A program made the position numbers and the translations under genes. From the NCBI GenBank assembly GCA_008369845.1, contig MRSU01000033.1, positions 1 through 37,707 of the forward strand: DNA of 37,707 bases, in the 5' to 3' direction. Positions 11,401-20,621 of the stretch are shown piece by piece. The stretch comes from Trichomonas gallinae. Its lineage: Eukaryota. Position 1 is the first letter of the stretch. Each line of letters opens with the position of its first letter. Under the pieces are notes generated by a model. That model saw nothing but the letters and a program-made list of their open reading frames with translations, made no database searches and was not told the DNA's origin.

Positions 11401-14400
11401 TAATCTCGATGAAAAGACATATCCTGAACAAGAAAAGCCACAATCTTCTGATAAAGCTCTTGATGAAGTAAAATCTGAATCAATTCACGAATCGGTTGAT
11501 GTTAAAACGCCAAATACCTCTGAAGAAAAAGCTGAACAACCAAAACTTTCTTTAATGGGCGAATTTGCAGATAAACTCAATCTCGATGAGAATGAAGAAG
11601 CCAAACCACAAGATGAAAATATACTAGCAAATGATGGCCAGCAAGATGCTGGAGCTCACGAAGAAGAAAAGCCAGAAGCTGAAGAAATCAACGAACAGCC
11701 AAAACTTTCTTTGATGGGAGCTTTAGCTGACAAGCTTAATCTCAATGAACAGGCACTGAATGAGCAAGAGAAAGCTCATGAAATTGCTGAAGAAAAACAG
11801 CCAGAAACTGATGATAAAGCTGATGAGTCAAAGATTTCTTTGATGGGAGCAATTGCTGACAAACTTCATATCAATGAGCTTCCAAAGGAAGAACCAAATG
11901 CACCAGAGGTTAAGGAAACTCAAGATGAAGAAACGAAACAAGAAGAAACTCGTGAAATACCTCCAGAAGAAAATGTTGAAAAAGATAAAACAAAGGAAAC
12001 TCTTTCTCTTACTGATGCCATCGGTGAAAACCTCAACTCAATTGTCGAGGAACACAAAGAAGAACCAAAGCCAGAAATTCAAGAAGAGAAAATAGAATCA
12101 GCTAAGCCAGATGAAGAAACAGCTAAATCTCTTTCTCTTGTTGAAGCAATTGGTGATCAACTCAATACAACTGTTGAACCATCACCAGGATCAGGGCAGA
12201 AGGAAGAGTCTATTGAAGAAAAAGAAGGACCTAAAGAAGAAAATGAAGAAGAATCAAAAGAACAAGGACAAGAAGAAGTTTGTGATGCACAACATCCAGA
12301 AGAAATAGATACTAAAATTTCACCACTTTCACTTGTTGGTGCAATCTGCGACAAACTTGAATCACAAGAAAATCAAGCAGAAGAAAGAGAAGTTTCAGAA
12401 GTCAACACAGATAAAGCAGATGAAACAACAGAAAACAAATCTGACAACATTCAAGAATCCGAAAACTCACCGAAAGAAAAAGAAAAATCAGAACCCAAAC
12501 AAGAAACACTTTCTGCGCTCTCACTTGTTGGTGCAATTAGCGACAAACTTGAATCATCAGAACCGAAAGGCGAAACAACAACAACAGAACAAACACCAAT
12601 TGAAACAAAACAAGAAGAAAATTCTGCTCAAAATGAAGAAGAAACAAAACCAGATGAGTCAATTTCTCTTTCTCTTGTTGAATCAATTAGTGATAAACTT
12701 CAACAAACAACTCAAGAAGATGAGAATAAAGATTCAGAACCACAGCAAAAATCAACAGCTGAAGAAAAACCACCAGTTCTCTCATTAACATCTGCTCTTT
12801 CAGATCAACTCTCTGCTATTGACGTACTAAATTCAAATGGAAAAGAAGATAATGAAGCAGAATCAAGAGATTTACCAGAATCTACTGATGCATCTGCTGA
12901 AGAGCCACCCAAGCTTTCTTTAGCAAATGCATTAGATGGACAGCTTTCAATGCAAGAAGAACCAAAACATGATGAAATAAATGAACAGCAAAATGATACT
13001 GCAGAAGAAAATAAACCAAAACTATCCTTAACTTCTGCTTTAACAGAACAACTCACCCTTGAACAAAAACCAGCTGAAGAAACTGAAATGCCTGCAGAAA
13101 ATCCTCCTGAACATATCGAGGAAATTCAAGAAGAAAATCCAAAGGAAGTAACCAAAGAAGAAACATCCAGAGAAGAAAAACATAGACCTCTTTCATTGCT
13201 TGGTGCCATTGCTGAAAAGCTCACCATACCTGAAGAAAAGAAGGAGGATGAAGTCGCACCAGAAGAAAATCAAGAAGAGTTGCAACCAAGTGATGAGCAA
13301 GAGAACAAAGAAGAAAAGCCAGATCTATCATTGATGATATCAATCACCGAAAAACTTACAGAAGGAGAAAATGTTCCAGAAGAAGAAAAAGCTGATGATA
13401 AACAAGCTACCAATGATGAAAATGAACAAGAAAACAACGAAATACGGCCAGAATCTCTCCTATTAGCTGGTACCATTAATAATAAGCTTGACAACATCGT
13501 TGAAGAAAAACCAGACGATGAATCAGCTGATCGTGAAATGCCGGAACAAAATGTTGAACCTTCACCACAACCTGAGCCGCAAGAAGAATCTATTGAAGAA
13601 AGAGAAGCAGCCGAATTCAAGTCAGATGAGCAGCATACTGAAGAGCATCAAACTCTTTCTCCCACAAATGCGATTGGTGACCAACTCAATTCGATTGTCG
13701 AAGCACATAAAGAAGAAGAAGCAAAGAAAGAGTCAGAAGATCATAATGAAGAAGCCACAACTGAAGAAGTTCATGAAGAAGGACCTAAAGAAGAAAATGA
13801 AGAAGAATCAAAAGAACAAGAAGAAGTTTGTGATGCACAACATCCAGAAGAAGTAGATACTAAAATTTCACAACTTTCACTTGTTGGTGCAATTAGCGAC
13901 AAGCTTGGATCATCAGAACCGAAAGGCGAAGCAACAACAGATAACACTGAAACAACCGAACAAACACATCAGCCAGAAAAGAGAGAAATTGAAGAACCAC
14001 CAATTGAAACAAAACCAGAAGAAAACTCTGCTCAAAATGAAGAAGAAACAAAACCTCATGAATCAACTCTCTCGTTAACGTCTGCTCTTTCAGATCAACT
14101 CACAGCAATTGGTGAAAATAAACCTTCCGAAGAAGAGAACAAAGATCGAATTAATTCTGAACAGCCACAGTCGACTCCAGAAGGAAAACCGCAGATTTCC
14201 ATCGCCGAAGCAGATAAAGAAAATCAAAATCCAAGTGAGGACGAAAATCAAGAAAAATTCTGCTTGAATGATGCTGTTTCTAAAGCTTTGGAGAATTCAG
14301 AAGATTCTTCCGTTGAAGTTCTGCATGAGAAATCTGCGGAACCAAGCGTTTCTCTTCTCTCAGCTATAAGCGAAGCAGCAAATATGCCTTCAGATTCAGA

Positions 14401-14551
14401 AAAAGGACTTTCGTTATTTGGTGCATTAAAGATCGCTGAACCTGTTAGACCACCTTCTGGCGCAAGAAACTCAATCAATTCAAGACGAAAGTTACATTAC
14501 TTCGAAGATCCTCCATCAGACCTCGAAGAGTTAGATAATCAGTCCCCATAA
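8486..14551 (+). CDS. 2021-aa Glu-rich disordered protein with basic N-terminal region, short coiled coil and about 30 LSLxxAIxDKL-type repeats
   Basis: Uninterrupted 6-kb frame with strong GAA bias. TCATTTT Inr-like element near 8438-8444. Internal nucleotide-level duplications. Confidence 0.9.
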   Translation: MTDGEQYLDRINRIKRYKEHCARIASDKHAVNDRAEPAIHFMQTTARKNQIRKHKLDHESELINEVLQFGYQREMKKRKLQDRLKSPRRSTRHPFKTASLSSSQNSDSIFLPGIQLEDDMEYEEEPLCYAESMVKHTQVSTTSNLLFGETGDDPYISRDLINQIIHENGMKQITAQPLSLRQRKPKPELIAPKPNTIRRLPRTKNVAEPTSSKKTPRKKPTQDPLKSMRIKDENEVLDDLKRQLDAENERKEQREQARQRRLEQERKWREDFAKRMRENQENHLQYYNLKLEDDNDEEHQQQQQEEEHEVHEPEHIIVAKPITIPIKEPLPRNNASSNFNENDEEDLDKRFGEEEEETILSDYVRKLKPIEDELNEEKNEEEEAASDKEFEEIEKSANEEEDQNQEEEQKNENLENEDENIEHANNEEDDQQQKEEEEEENVSLKGALLGHLQMHDEKHKDEEETSLKESLIDQFEEKDDEDQNKEQSLSLKEEIIEQIEENVEKTEEEEPKEISQDIAEEEEEQKEKTLRQTEEEHKEDNQSHEEEKAQDEEVKSLSLHDALLGHLQMHHEEKKEEEKSLKEALIDQLEEKNDQDQNKKQSLSLKEEIVEQIEKPIQESIEKTEEDEHKEISQDKAEEIKNDADEEKFDELKQDEDEEVKTPSLHDALLNHLEPAVFDEKEKFEELEKSDDDKEETQQTEENQQKQEEEEKHEAHEPIAKIPLLKLGGFSTEKKQDESKEREFHLPIQETAHEVEEKINEEEKPDGDMPLLAHALGFSSFGSNKEENNEEEDTHMEVEKTSLSGSLFKGLSDKIISREIDTNYEQLSENVENTEEETRNKENVDVQIKEEEKPESSDKALDSNEPKQSLNEEKTSEEPKLSLMGAIADKLNLDEKANDEEDKAEVSYKVLDEIEPEKPEEKSVDKEKTETSDQTLNEEKTEKSVDEEKSEASEDKAEEPKLSLMDAFADKLNLDEKTYPEQEKPQSSDKALDEVKSESIHESVDVKTPNTSEEKAEQPKLSLMGEFADKLNLDENEEAKPQDENILANDGQQDAGAHEEEKPEAEEINEQPKLSLMGALADKLNLNEQALNEQEKAHEIAEEKQPETDDKADESKISLMGAIADKLHINELPKEEPNAPEVKETQDEETKQEETREIPPEENVEKDKTKETLSLTDAIGENLNSIVEEHKEEPKPEIQEEKIESAKPDEETAKSLSLVEAIGDQLNTTVEPSPGSGQKEESIEEKEGPKEENEEESKEQGQEEVCDAQHPEEIDTKISPLSLVGAICDKLESQENQAEEREVSEVNTDKADETTENKSDNIQESENSPKEKEKSEPKQETLSALSLVGAISDKLESSEPKGETTTTEQTPIETKQEENSAQNEEETKPDESISLSLVESISDKLQQTTQEDENKDSEPQQKSTAEEKPPVLSLTSALSDQLSAIDVLNSNGKEDNEAESRDLPESTDASAEEPPKLSLANALDGQLSMQEEPKHDEINEQQNDTAEENKPKLSLTSALTEQLTLEQKPAEETEMPAENPPEHIEEIQEENPKEVTKEETSREEKHRPLSLLGAIAEKLTIPEEKKEDEVAPEENQEELQPSDEQENKEEKPDLSLMISITEKLTEGENVPEEEKADDKQATNDENEQENNEIRPESLLLAGTINNKLDNIVEEKPDDESADREMPEQNVEPSPQPEPQEESIEEREAAEFKSDEQHTEEHQTLSPTNAIGDQLNSIVEAHKEEEAKKESEDHNEEATTEEVHEEGPKEENEEESKEQEEVCDAQHPEEVDTKISQLSLVGAISDKLGSSEPKGEATTDNTETTEQTHQPEKREIEEPPIETKPEENSAQNEEETKPHESTLSLTSALSDQLTAIGENKPSEEENKDRINSEQPQSTPEGKPQISIAEADKENQNPSEDENQEKFCLNDAVSKALENSEDSSVEVLHEKSAEPSVSLLSAISEAANMPSDSEKGLSLFGALKIAEPVRPPSGARNSINSRRKLHYFEDPPSDLEELDNQSP
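9808..14430 (+). repeat. Intragenic repeat array in the 2021-aa gene
   Basis: Recurring 11-aa motif (LSLMGAIADKL, LSLVGAISDKL, LSLTSALSDQL and variants). Near-identical blocks at about 9825-10035 vs 10168-10390 and 12224-12345 vs 13778-13893. Confidence 0.85.
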
Positions 14552-14590
14552 TATATTTGTTTATAAAATTTATATTTCGTGTTTTAATTT

Positions 14591-15301
14591 TTAATAAATG
14601 AGTAAGAAAACATAAAGATAATGAGTATTTAAATTGGAATATAAGAAGTGATGAGCATAACATGTGCGAAAACGAATGTTATTATAACAAAAATCATTAA
14701 TGAGATGGATCTTAGGTTTACCAATGATTGGACCTTGATAGATTGATGTAACATAGACACTTGTCATGTTCTCGATTGATGCATCACTTAATGCTTTCTT
14801 ACCACAATATCTCAGAATTGAACCAGTTGAATATTCGAAAGATTGTGATTCTACAATTAAATCGCTAAAACAATAGATAACAAAATCTTTTGTATACCAA
14901 AAAGCAGAATATGTAATAGTCATGACATTAGTTGGCAAATAAATTTCTTTCAATTTGCTACAACTATTTGCCATAACATTTGGCAATTCTGTAACCTGTG
15001 TTGCTGATAAATCAATGACTTCGACTAATGAATTTTCCGCTAAACCATGAGTAACGGATTTGATATTTTTTGAGAAAATTAATTTTTTCATTGAGCATTT
15101 ATAAAAAGCATAAGAATTTGTAGAAACAATAGGATATACAATTCCGTTGATTTCGCAGGTAACAGGAATAATAATTTCTGATGTGAAACTTCGGTCGATG
15201 CATGAAAACCATGGACGAACACCATCACCGAGAATGAAACCTTCCGGTTTTAATATACCAGTATATGTGATTCCATTATCGGTGATGTTATAGACAGTCA
15301 A
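14591..15301 (-). pseudogene. BspA-like leucine-rich repeat gene lacking an ATG start (TTG at 15301)
   Basis: TpLRR-type segments (IDLSATQVTELPNVMANSCSKLKEIYLPTNVMTITYSAF) and a Cys plus hydrophobic C-terminus. An in-frame TAA lies 9 codons upstream of the TTG, and the first ATG is at 15091 (codon 71). Confidence 0.65.
14637..14711 (+). repeat. 75-bp direct repeat, copy 1
   Basis: 71/75 identical to 20478-20552 by hand alignment. Confidence 0.9.
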
Positions 15302-15426
15302 GCTGTCTTCAAGGAAAATGTCAATTTAATAAGGTTTCTGAGATAAAAGACACTTTTATCATAAAATAACCGAATATTGACACTTTTGAATTTTTTTATT
15401 TGGAGAACATCTGATCATAAGTTGTA

Positions 15427-16467
15427 TTGTTTCACAAAGACAAACCAGACGCTTGGTTATGGAATTCTTTCTTTAATCAAGAATTTGTACTTAATAAAAA
15501 CTATATATCGAATAAAAAATTAAAAAGCATATCTCAATCTACTTTTGATCAATATTTCTTACATTTATGCTCATTTTTTGATTTAAATCAAAGAGCAATT
15601 ACAATTGTTAGAAGTAACACAAATTTTCTCCATACGTATTGTAATTTTTTCAAAATTGATCCAGGAATTTCACAAAAAGGTTCTGCGATCTATTTTGAAG
15701 GCATAAATAGCAAAATTGCTGAGTACAAGTTCTATGCCTCGAATCTCACAGTAATGATGAAAGAAATTTCAAACAAAATCGCTGGATACTTGTCCGCAGT
15801 TGGTGAAACAATACAAGTATCAAATCACAATTTGACAGATGGTTCTGTTTCAAATTGTGGCGGAAGAAATCAAGCACATGGAATCATTCATGATCAAAAT
15901 ACTCAAAATTGTGAAATTAAAAGCATAAATATCTCTAAATCTATTGGTTATGCATGTATTGTTTGTTATATTCATTCGATAAATAATATTAATTTCAAAT
16001 ATTGTCACATCAATTCAAATAGAATTGAATTTGATGGAATTACAGAACATCCTGGATTTATAGGTTTTGAAAGTAATTCTAGCATTGAATATTGTAATTT
16101 TCTCAATCAAACAGATGAAAGTTGTTCACCGAGAAAATTTTCGTTATTTTACATTTGGTCAAATATTCAATGCAATTTTTCGTATTGTTCATTTAATCAA
16201 TATTCATCAATTTGTAGTGATGATATATTATTATATAACCATAAAATAGATAATTTAGTAACATTAAACTATTGTCATCTTGTTGCTATTAATATATCAT
16301 CAACCATCAACAAAAATTCAATAATTTCTCATTTCATTAATTACTTAACATTTTATTATCCAAGTACATATCCTTGCCGTTGCATGACGAATATCGTCCA
16401 AAATTTATGCATTATTTCATCAAATAATTTGATCTATATTGTTTCTGTTTTACTGAATGAAGATTAA
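15427..16467 (+). pseudogene. Asn/Ser/Ile/Cys-rich Trichomonas family protein (beta-helix-like), start codon missing
   Basis: 346-codon open frame with repeated I/F-x-Y-C-x-F/I strands and a hydrophobic C-terminus. It begins at TTG after TAA 15418-15420; the first in-frame ATG is at 15754 (codon 110). Confidence 0.55.
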
Positions 16468-16725
16468 TTTTTTTTGTATAAATAGCCTTAATTTGGAAGG
16501 ATTCCGCTGGAAAGGCCAGGTGTCTGCACCTTAAGCTACATAATTCAACTCAATTTTAAGCTACATTTTGTATACATAGGTTATCACATTATAACTTTTA
16601 TTTTTATCATCATAATATTTTCAAGCTTCAAATATTATTAATATATATATTAATGAGTTCTCTAATGGCAAAAATAAATAGTTCTGGTTTGTAGTAATGA
16701 AATAGTTTTTTTATTCATTTGTTTC

Positions 16726-19700
16726 TTATTCTTTTGGAGCTTCATCGGGAACGTTTTGCTCTGGTTGAGACTCACCATGTGGTTCTCCATCAAATGCATC
16801 TTCTTTGGGACCTAATTCACCTTCGAGGAATTCTTCTTCTTCGAAGTTGTACTCTTTCCTCGGCTCGTGCTTTCTGCAATAACAAACAAGTGAAACAATA
16901 GCAACATCAATGATTATAAAGATAATAATAGCAATGACAATACCAGCTATTTGACTTTTAGTGAGTCCACTATCAGGTTGATACTTGATTTCAGCACCAT
17001 CATTTGAGTGCTGAGCAGAGGAACTGATACTATATCCTGCTTTTTCATCAGGAATTGTGAATTCTTCTTCTTTATGGCTAACATCGCCAGAACTAATCAG
17101 TGTATAGCTAACCGTGCTACTTCTACGGAAAAAGAAAGGTCCTGTTGTGAATTGGTTTGAAATCTGTTTGTTTTCGTATGACATAAATTGTAAGGAATTG
17201 GTTCCTATCGTGCAGAATGAATAATTAGTAAATCCTACGAATCCATATTCTGAGGTTGTTATCTGTTTTCCACCACGCTTGAAAACTATTTGACTCATGT
17301 TTTGTGGTCTATATGATATACTGTAGATATAAATTTCGAGTTCGGTATTTCCGCTCAATTCAACATCTAATAAATTATCAAAGTAATATCCCAACAACTT
17401 TTGTGAGAAAATGTTGAACTTTTTGTAACTTTTTGAGTTTTCAATTGTATTTATGACATTTATTTGGATGTCATCGTTCATCGACTTTGGAACGAAGAAC
17501 GCCATTGTATTAGATTGTATTTTAATTTTTTGTGCAGATGATGAGAGCTTGAAATAATAACGTCCTGGGAGAAGCAGCCGGCCATTGAAATCAGATATGG
17601 AATTCCATTCAGGCTTATAGTCTTCTAATGCTGGCATGTTATCATCAAGATTATATATCATCTGTGGACTGTCATCATCTCCATTGATGAAGTCGATGTA
17701 TTGATCACTTTGTGAATCAACGGTGACTAACTTGTAATTGGCATTTCTAGTAATGATGTTAGTGTCACTGATACCACTGTTTTGAGGATAAGAATATATC
17801 TGCTTTGAGTTTAATCCTATGATAATAGCATTTTTGCCTTTTAGTACTACTTTGCGTGTGTATTTTTTAGGGTTGATGATAGCTGTAACACGCTTGACAT
17901 TTTGACTGAGAAGGACAATCCTATATGTTGCGTTGCTTGTTGGTGTGAGAGTCGTTATACCTGACAATTCAATAAGATTTGAACTTGGAGGCTGACCATT
18001 GCTCAATTTGAATTTATTTTTATCTGAGAGCAATACAATATTCTTCTTTGATGGGTTAGATACGATAGTAATTAATTTATTTGCTTCTGCCTGAATTTCC
18101 ATGTTATTATAAACAATAGTTGGATTTGAATATTTTTTATCATTTGGTTTAAAGTTGCCAAATATTTCTTGATTTTGAACACCTGAGTATCCTTTTGAAT
18201 CATAGAAGCCAATTGCATTTTGATTTGGATTATTTTCTTCAATGTATACGGCAAGAGCACCCTCAATTTTATGGTCATTGGAATCTTGTAAACTTGTTGC
18301 TGGAATTATTTGAATTGTTGCCGATGAGCTTGAATAGTAATGCAGGAATTTTGTCACTGGTGTTTCTTCAAGTAAAGAAAGTGATGAAGAAGGTGTATCT
18401 GTTGAGGAAGAGATGAAAAGTACTTTCTTTGTTTGTTTAGTTTCAAATAAAGCTTCAGGATTACCTTGAACAATTGTTGTTTCAGATTTATTAACAGTTA
18501 TGATGTTAAATATACCAGGTGTATTTATAGTTGCTTGAAGAGTTTTATTTGCTTGTTGCAGACCTGTATCTGAGTAAATATAGGAGATATAGCCAGAAGG
18601 TATGATTAACGTACTCGGACTATCGTTACTCTCTACTGTTGTTGCGGTGCTAAATTGTTCAATAAATATGCAATCTCCTTTGTTTATAGTGAAACCATTT
18701 TTACTGTTTTCTATTAAATTTGAATTTACTGATGTTGGCCATCCGACAGTGCAAAGCATGGCTCCTTTACCTTTGTATTGTAAACGAATGATTTGTCCAT
18801 AAACAGTACCTTTTTCTGATTTTAATTGCATATAATTTGACTGAGTAAATGAGTTTGTGAAAGATACATCAACATCTTCAGTTTTTCTATATTCTAGACT
18901 AATTAGTGCATCAGAAACGAGAGTAACAGACAGACTACTTGAATAAGATGTATATTTATCCACAGAGTATGTGTTCCATAAATATTTGACACCGCCATTT
19001 GTTACTACAAGTTCATCTGTGGAAATTTGATTCTTAACTACTAGGAATACAATTTTGTTATTGTCTTTTGCGGATACTTGATTTGAACTGAATGTACAGC
19101 TGACGCATTGAACTGAATATCCGGTCTTAATGTTAACAGTTAACGTAGTTGTACCATTGCTATTGTAAATTCCAAGATGGTTAGCCGCAATATTTGTAGT
19201 AGTTGAATATGAACCTGTTGATTCAGTTAAGGCAGTGTTATTTAACAATTTACTACCTAGTGTTGGTATATCTCCTGGATTCTTAAATGTTATTGTGGCT
19301 GGACTACTGGATGTTCTAATAGCAATCAATTTAGATCCGAGGAAATCTGATTTTGTATCAGTACCTGTCTGCAATGGGAGTTCTTCTGGATTACTAGTTG
19401 TTAAGAGACCAGATCCATCAATATGACATGTAACTGGCTTGGTGTATATAAGAATTACAGTAGTTTCTTTTGGAATTTGATAAGATGCTTTATTAAAGTA
19501 ATTATATCCAAATACGTAATTATCTGGCAATTTGAAAAGTGAATATTGAACTACTTGCGATTTTGAACCGCCAATTAGAGTGTCAGGTTTCTGAGAATTT
19601 AGGATAGATATCGCGTACGAATAAGAATCAGAATCATACTTTATGAAAGCATAGGAAGCTGTTTTGTCAGGAATGGTATATTTTTCAGCATTTGGGCTTT

Positions 19701-19764
19701 CTATAATGTGACTTCCAACTTCTAAATTCTTGGAAGAAGCCAAACATGCAAGAATCGCATGCAT
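16726..19764 (-). CDS. Type I single-pass surface membrane protein (1012 aa)
   Basis: Short hydrophobic N-terminus MHAILACLAS (ATG 19764), S/T/N-rich beta-strand-like ectodomain, TM GLTKSQIAGIVIAIIIFIIIDVAIVSLVCYC followed by RKH, and an acidic cytosolic tail. Confidence 0.88.
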   Translation of the reverse strand: MHAILACLASSKNLEVGSHIIESPNAEKYTIPDKTASYAFIKYDSDSYSYAISILNSQKPDTLIGGSKSQVVQYSLFKLPDNYVFGYNYFNKASYQIPKETTVILIYTKPVTCHIDGSGLLTTSNPEELPLQTGTDTKSDFLGSKLIAIRTSSSPATITFKNPGDIPTLGSKLLNNTALTESTGSYSTTTNIAANHLGIYNSNGTTTLTVNIKTGYSVQCVSCTFSSNQVSAKDNNKIVFLVVKNQISTDELVVTNGGVKYLWNTYSVDKYTSYSSSLSVTLVSDALISLEYRKTEDVDVSFTNSFTQSNYMQLKSEKGTVYGQIIRLQYKGKGAMLCTVGWPTSVNSNLIENSKNGFTINKGDCIFIEQFSTATTVESNDSPSTLIIPSGYISYIYSDTGLQQANKTLQATINTPGIFNIITVNKSETTIVQGNPEALFETKQTKKVLFISSSTDTPSSSLSLLEETPVTKFLHYYSSSSATIQIIPATSLQDSNDHKIEGALAVYIEENNPNQNAIGFYDSKGYSGVQNQEIFGNFKPNDKKYSNPTIVYNNMEIQAEANKLITIVSNPSKKNIVLLSDKNKFKLSNGQPPSSNLIELSGITTLTPTSNATYRIVLLSQNVKRVTAIINPKKYTRKVVLKGKNAIIIGLNSKQIYSYPQNSGISDTNIITRNANYKLVTVDSQSDQYIDFINGDDDSPQMIYNLDDNMPALEDYKPEWNSISDFNGRLLLPGRYYFKLSSSAQKIKIQSNTMAFFVPKSMNDDIQINVINTIENSKSYKKFNIFSQKLLGYYFDNLLDVELSGNTELEIYIYSISYRPQNMSQIVFKRGGKQITTSEYGFVGFTNYSFCTIGTNSLQFMSYENKQISNQFTTGPFFFRRSSTVSYTLISSGDVSHKEEEFTIPDEKAGYSISSSAQHSNDGAEIKYQPDSGLTKSQIAGIVIAIIIFIIIDVAIVSLVCYCRKHEPRKEYNFEEEEFLEGELGPKEDAFDGEPHGESQPEQNVPDEAPKE

Positions 19765-20477
19765 TTTATTCCTGTTTTTGCAACTGATTGAAAAATTGAT
19801 AACGAAAAACATTTTTTTTTTCAAATTTCAATTACAATTTATAAAAATTAAAAAATAATAAATGACATGATAATATATTTATCAAAATAATATGCATTTT
19901 ATTCTCGCTTGAAAATTCAAATGTAAATTCAAAAATATAAAATTTTATTTACTTGTTAATTATAGCTATATCATATATATATATATATAATGTTTTTCTT
20001 GAACATTCGATTTTGAAATGAAATTGTTAAAATTATATCATGAATAAAAGATGCTTAAAATGATTCAAAATTGAAGGTCCAAGCTTCGCTCAAAAAGTGG
20101 CATATATTTTTTATATATTTTCGATTTAAAAAAACAAAAAAAACTTTTTTTTTAATTTAGGTCAAAATTAAAGGTGAAAAATAAATTAGAATGTTAAGCA
20201 TCAATTAAAAATTGAAAAATAAATGCAAAACTAAATAATAAAAATTTAATTTTCGTTTTTGGTCATGAAGCTTCATCTGTATGTAATATAGTTGTATATT
20301 AGATTTATATTGAGAGTAAGTTTATACGACTTTACATATAACCTTATCGTTCCATAAAATCAATTAATTCATAGATATATGAATAGTTACAACTTTACAA
20401 TTAAAATGTGGCATCTAAAGTCATTCTGCCGAATATGAAGCGTCACCTTTTTCAATTATTACAAATTTGAATTATTT

Positions 20478-20552
20478 GAATATAAGAAGTGATGAGCATA
20501 ACATGTGCGTAAACGAATATTATTGTTACAAAAATCATTAATGAGATGGATC
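20478..20552 (+). repeat. 75-bp direct repeat, copy 2 (orphan fragment of the BspA-like 3' end)
   Basis: Minus strand encodes IHLINDFCNNNIRLRTCYAHHFLYS, against IHLINDFCYNNIRFRTCYAHHFLYS in the 14591-15301 gene. Confidence 0.9.
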
Positions 20553-20621
20553 CGTAAAAAAAAGAATAATCAAAACAGAAACTCAAACTAAAATCAAAAT
20601 ATACCGATTTCACATAATGTT

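Noticed and set aside
8869..14478. Lys-rich and Phe/Ser-rich ORFs overlapping the 2021-aa gene
   Set aside because: Frame-shift and antisense readings of GAA-rich sequence.
16495..16566. Short GC-richer patch with TTAAGCTACAT repeated twice
   Set aside because: No tRNA or other ncRNA fold and no terminal repeat structure could be supported.
19973..19988. (AT)n microsatellite, plus the poly-T run at 72-88
   Set aside because: Expected in very AT-rich intergenic DNA.
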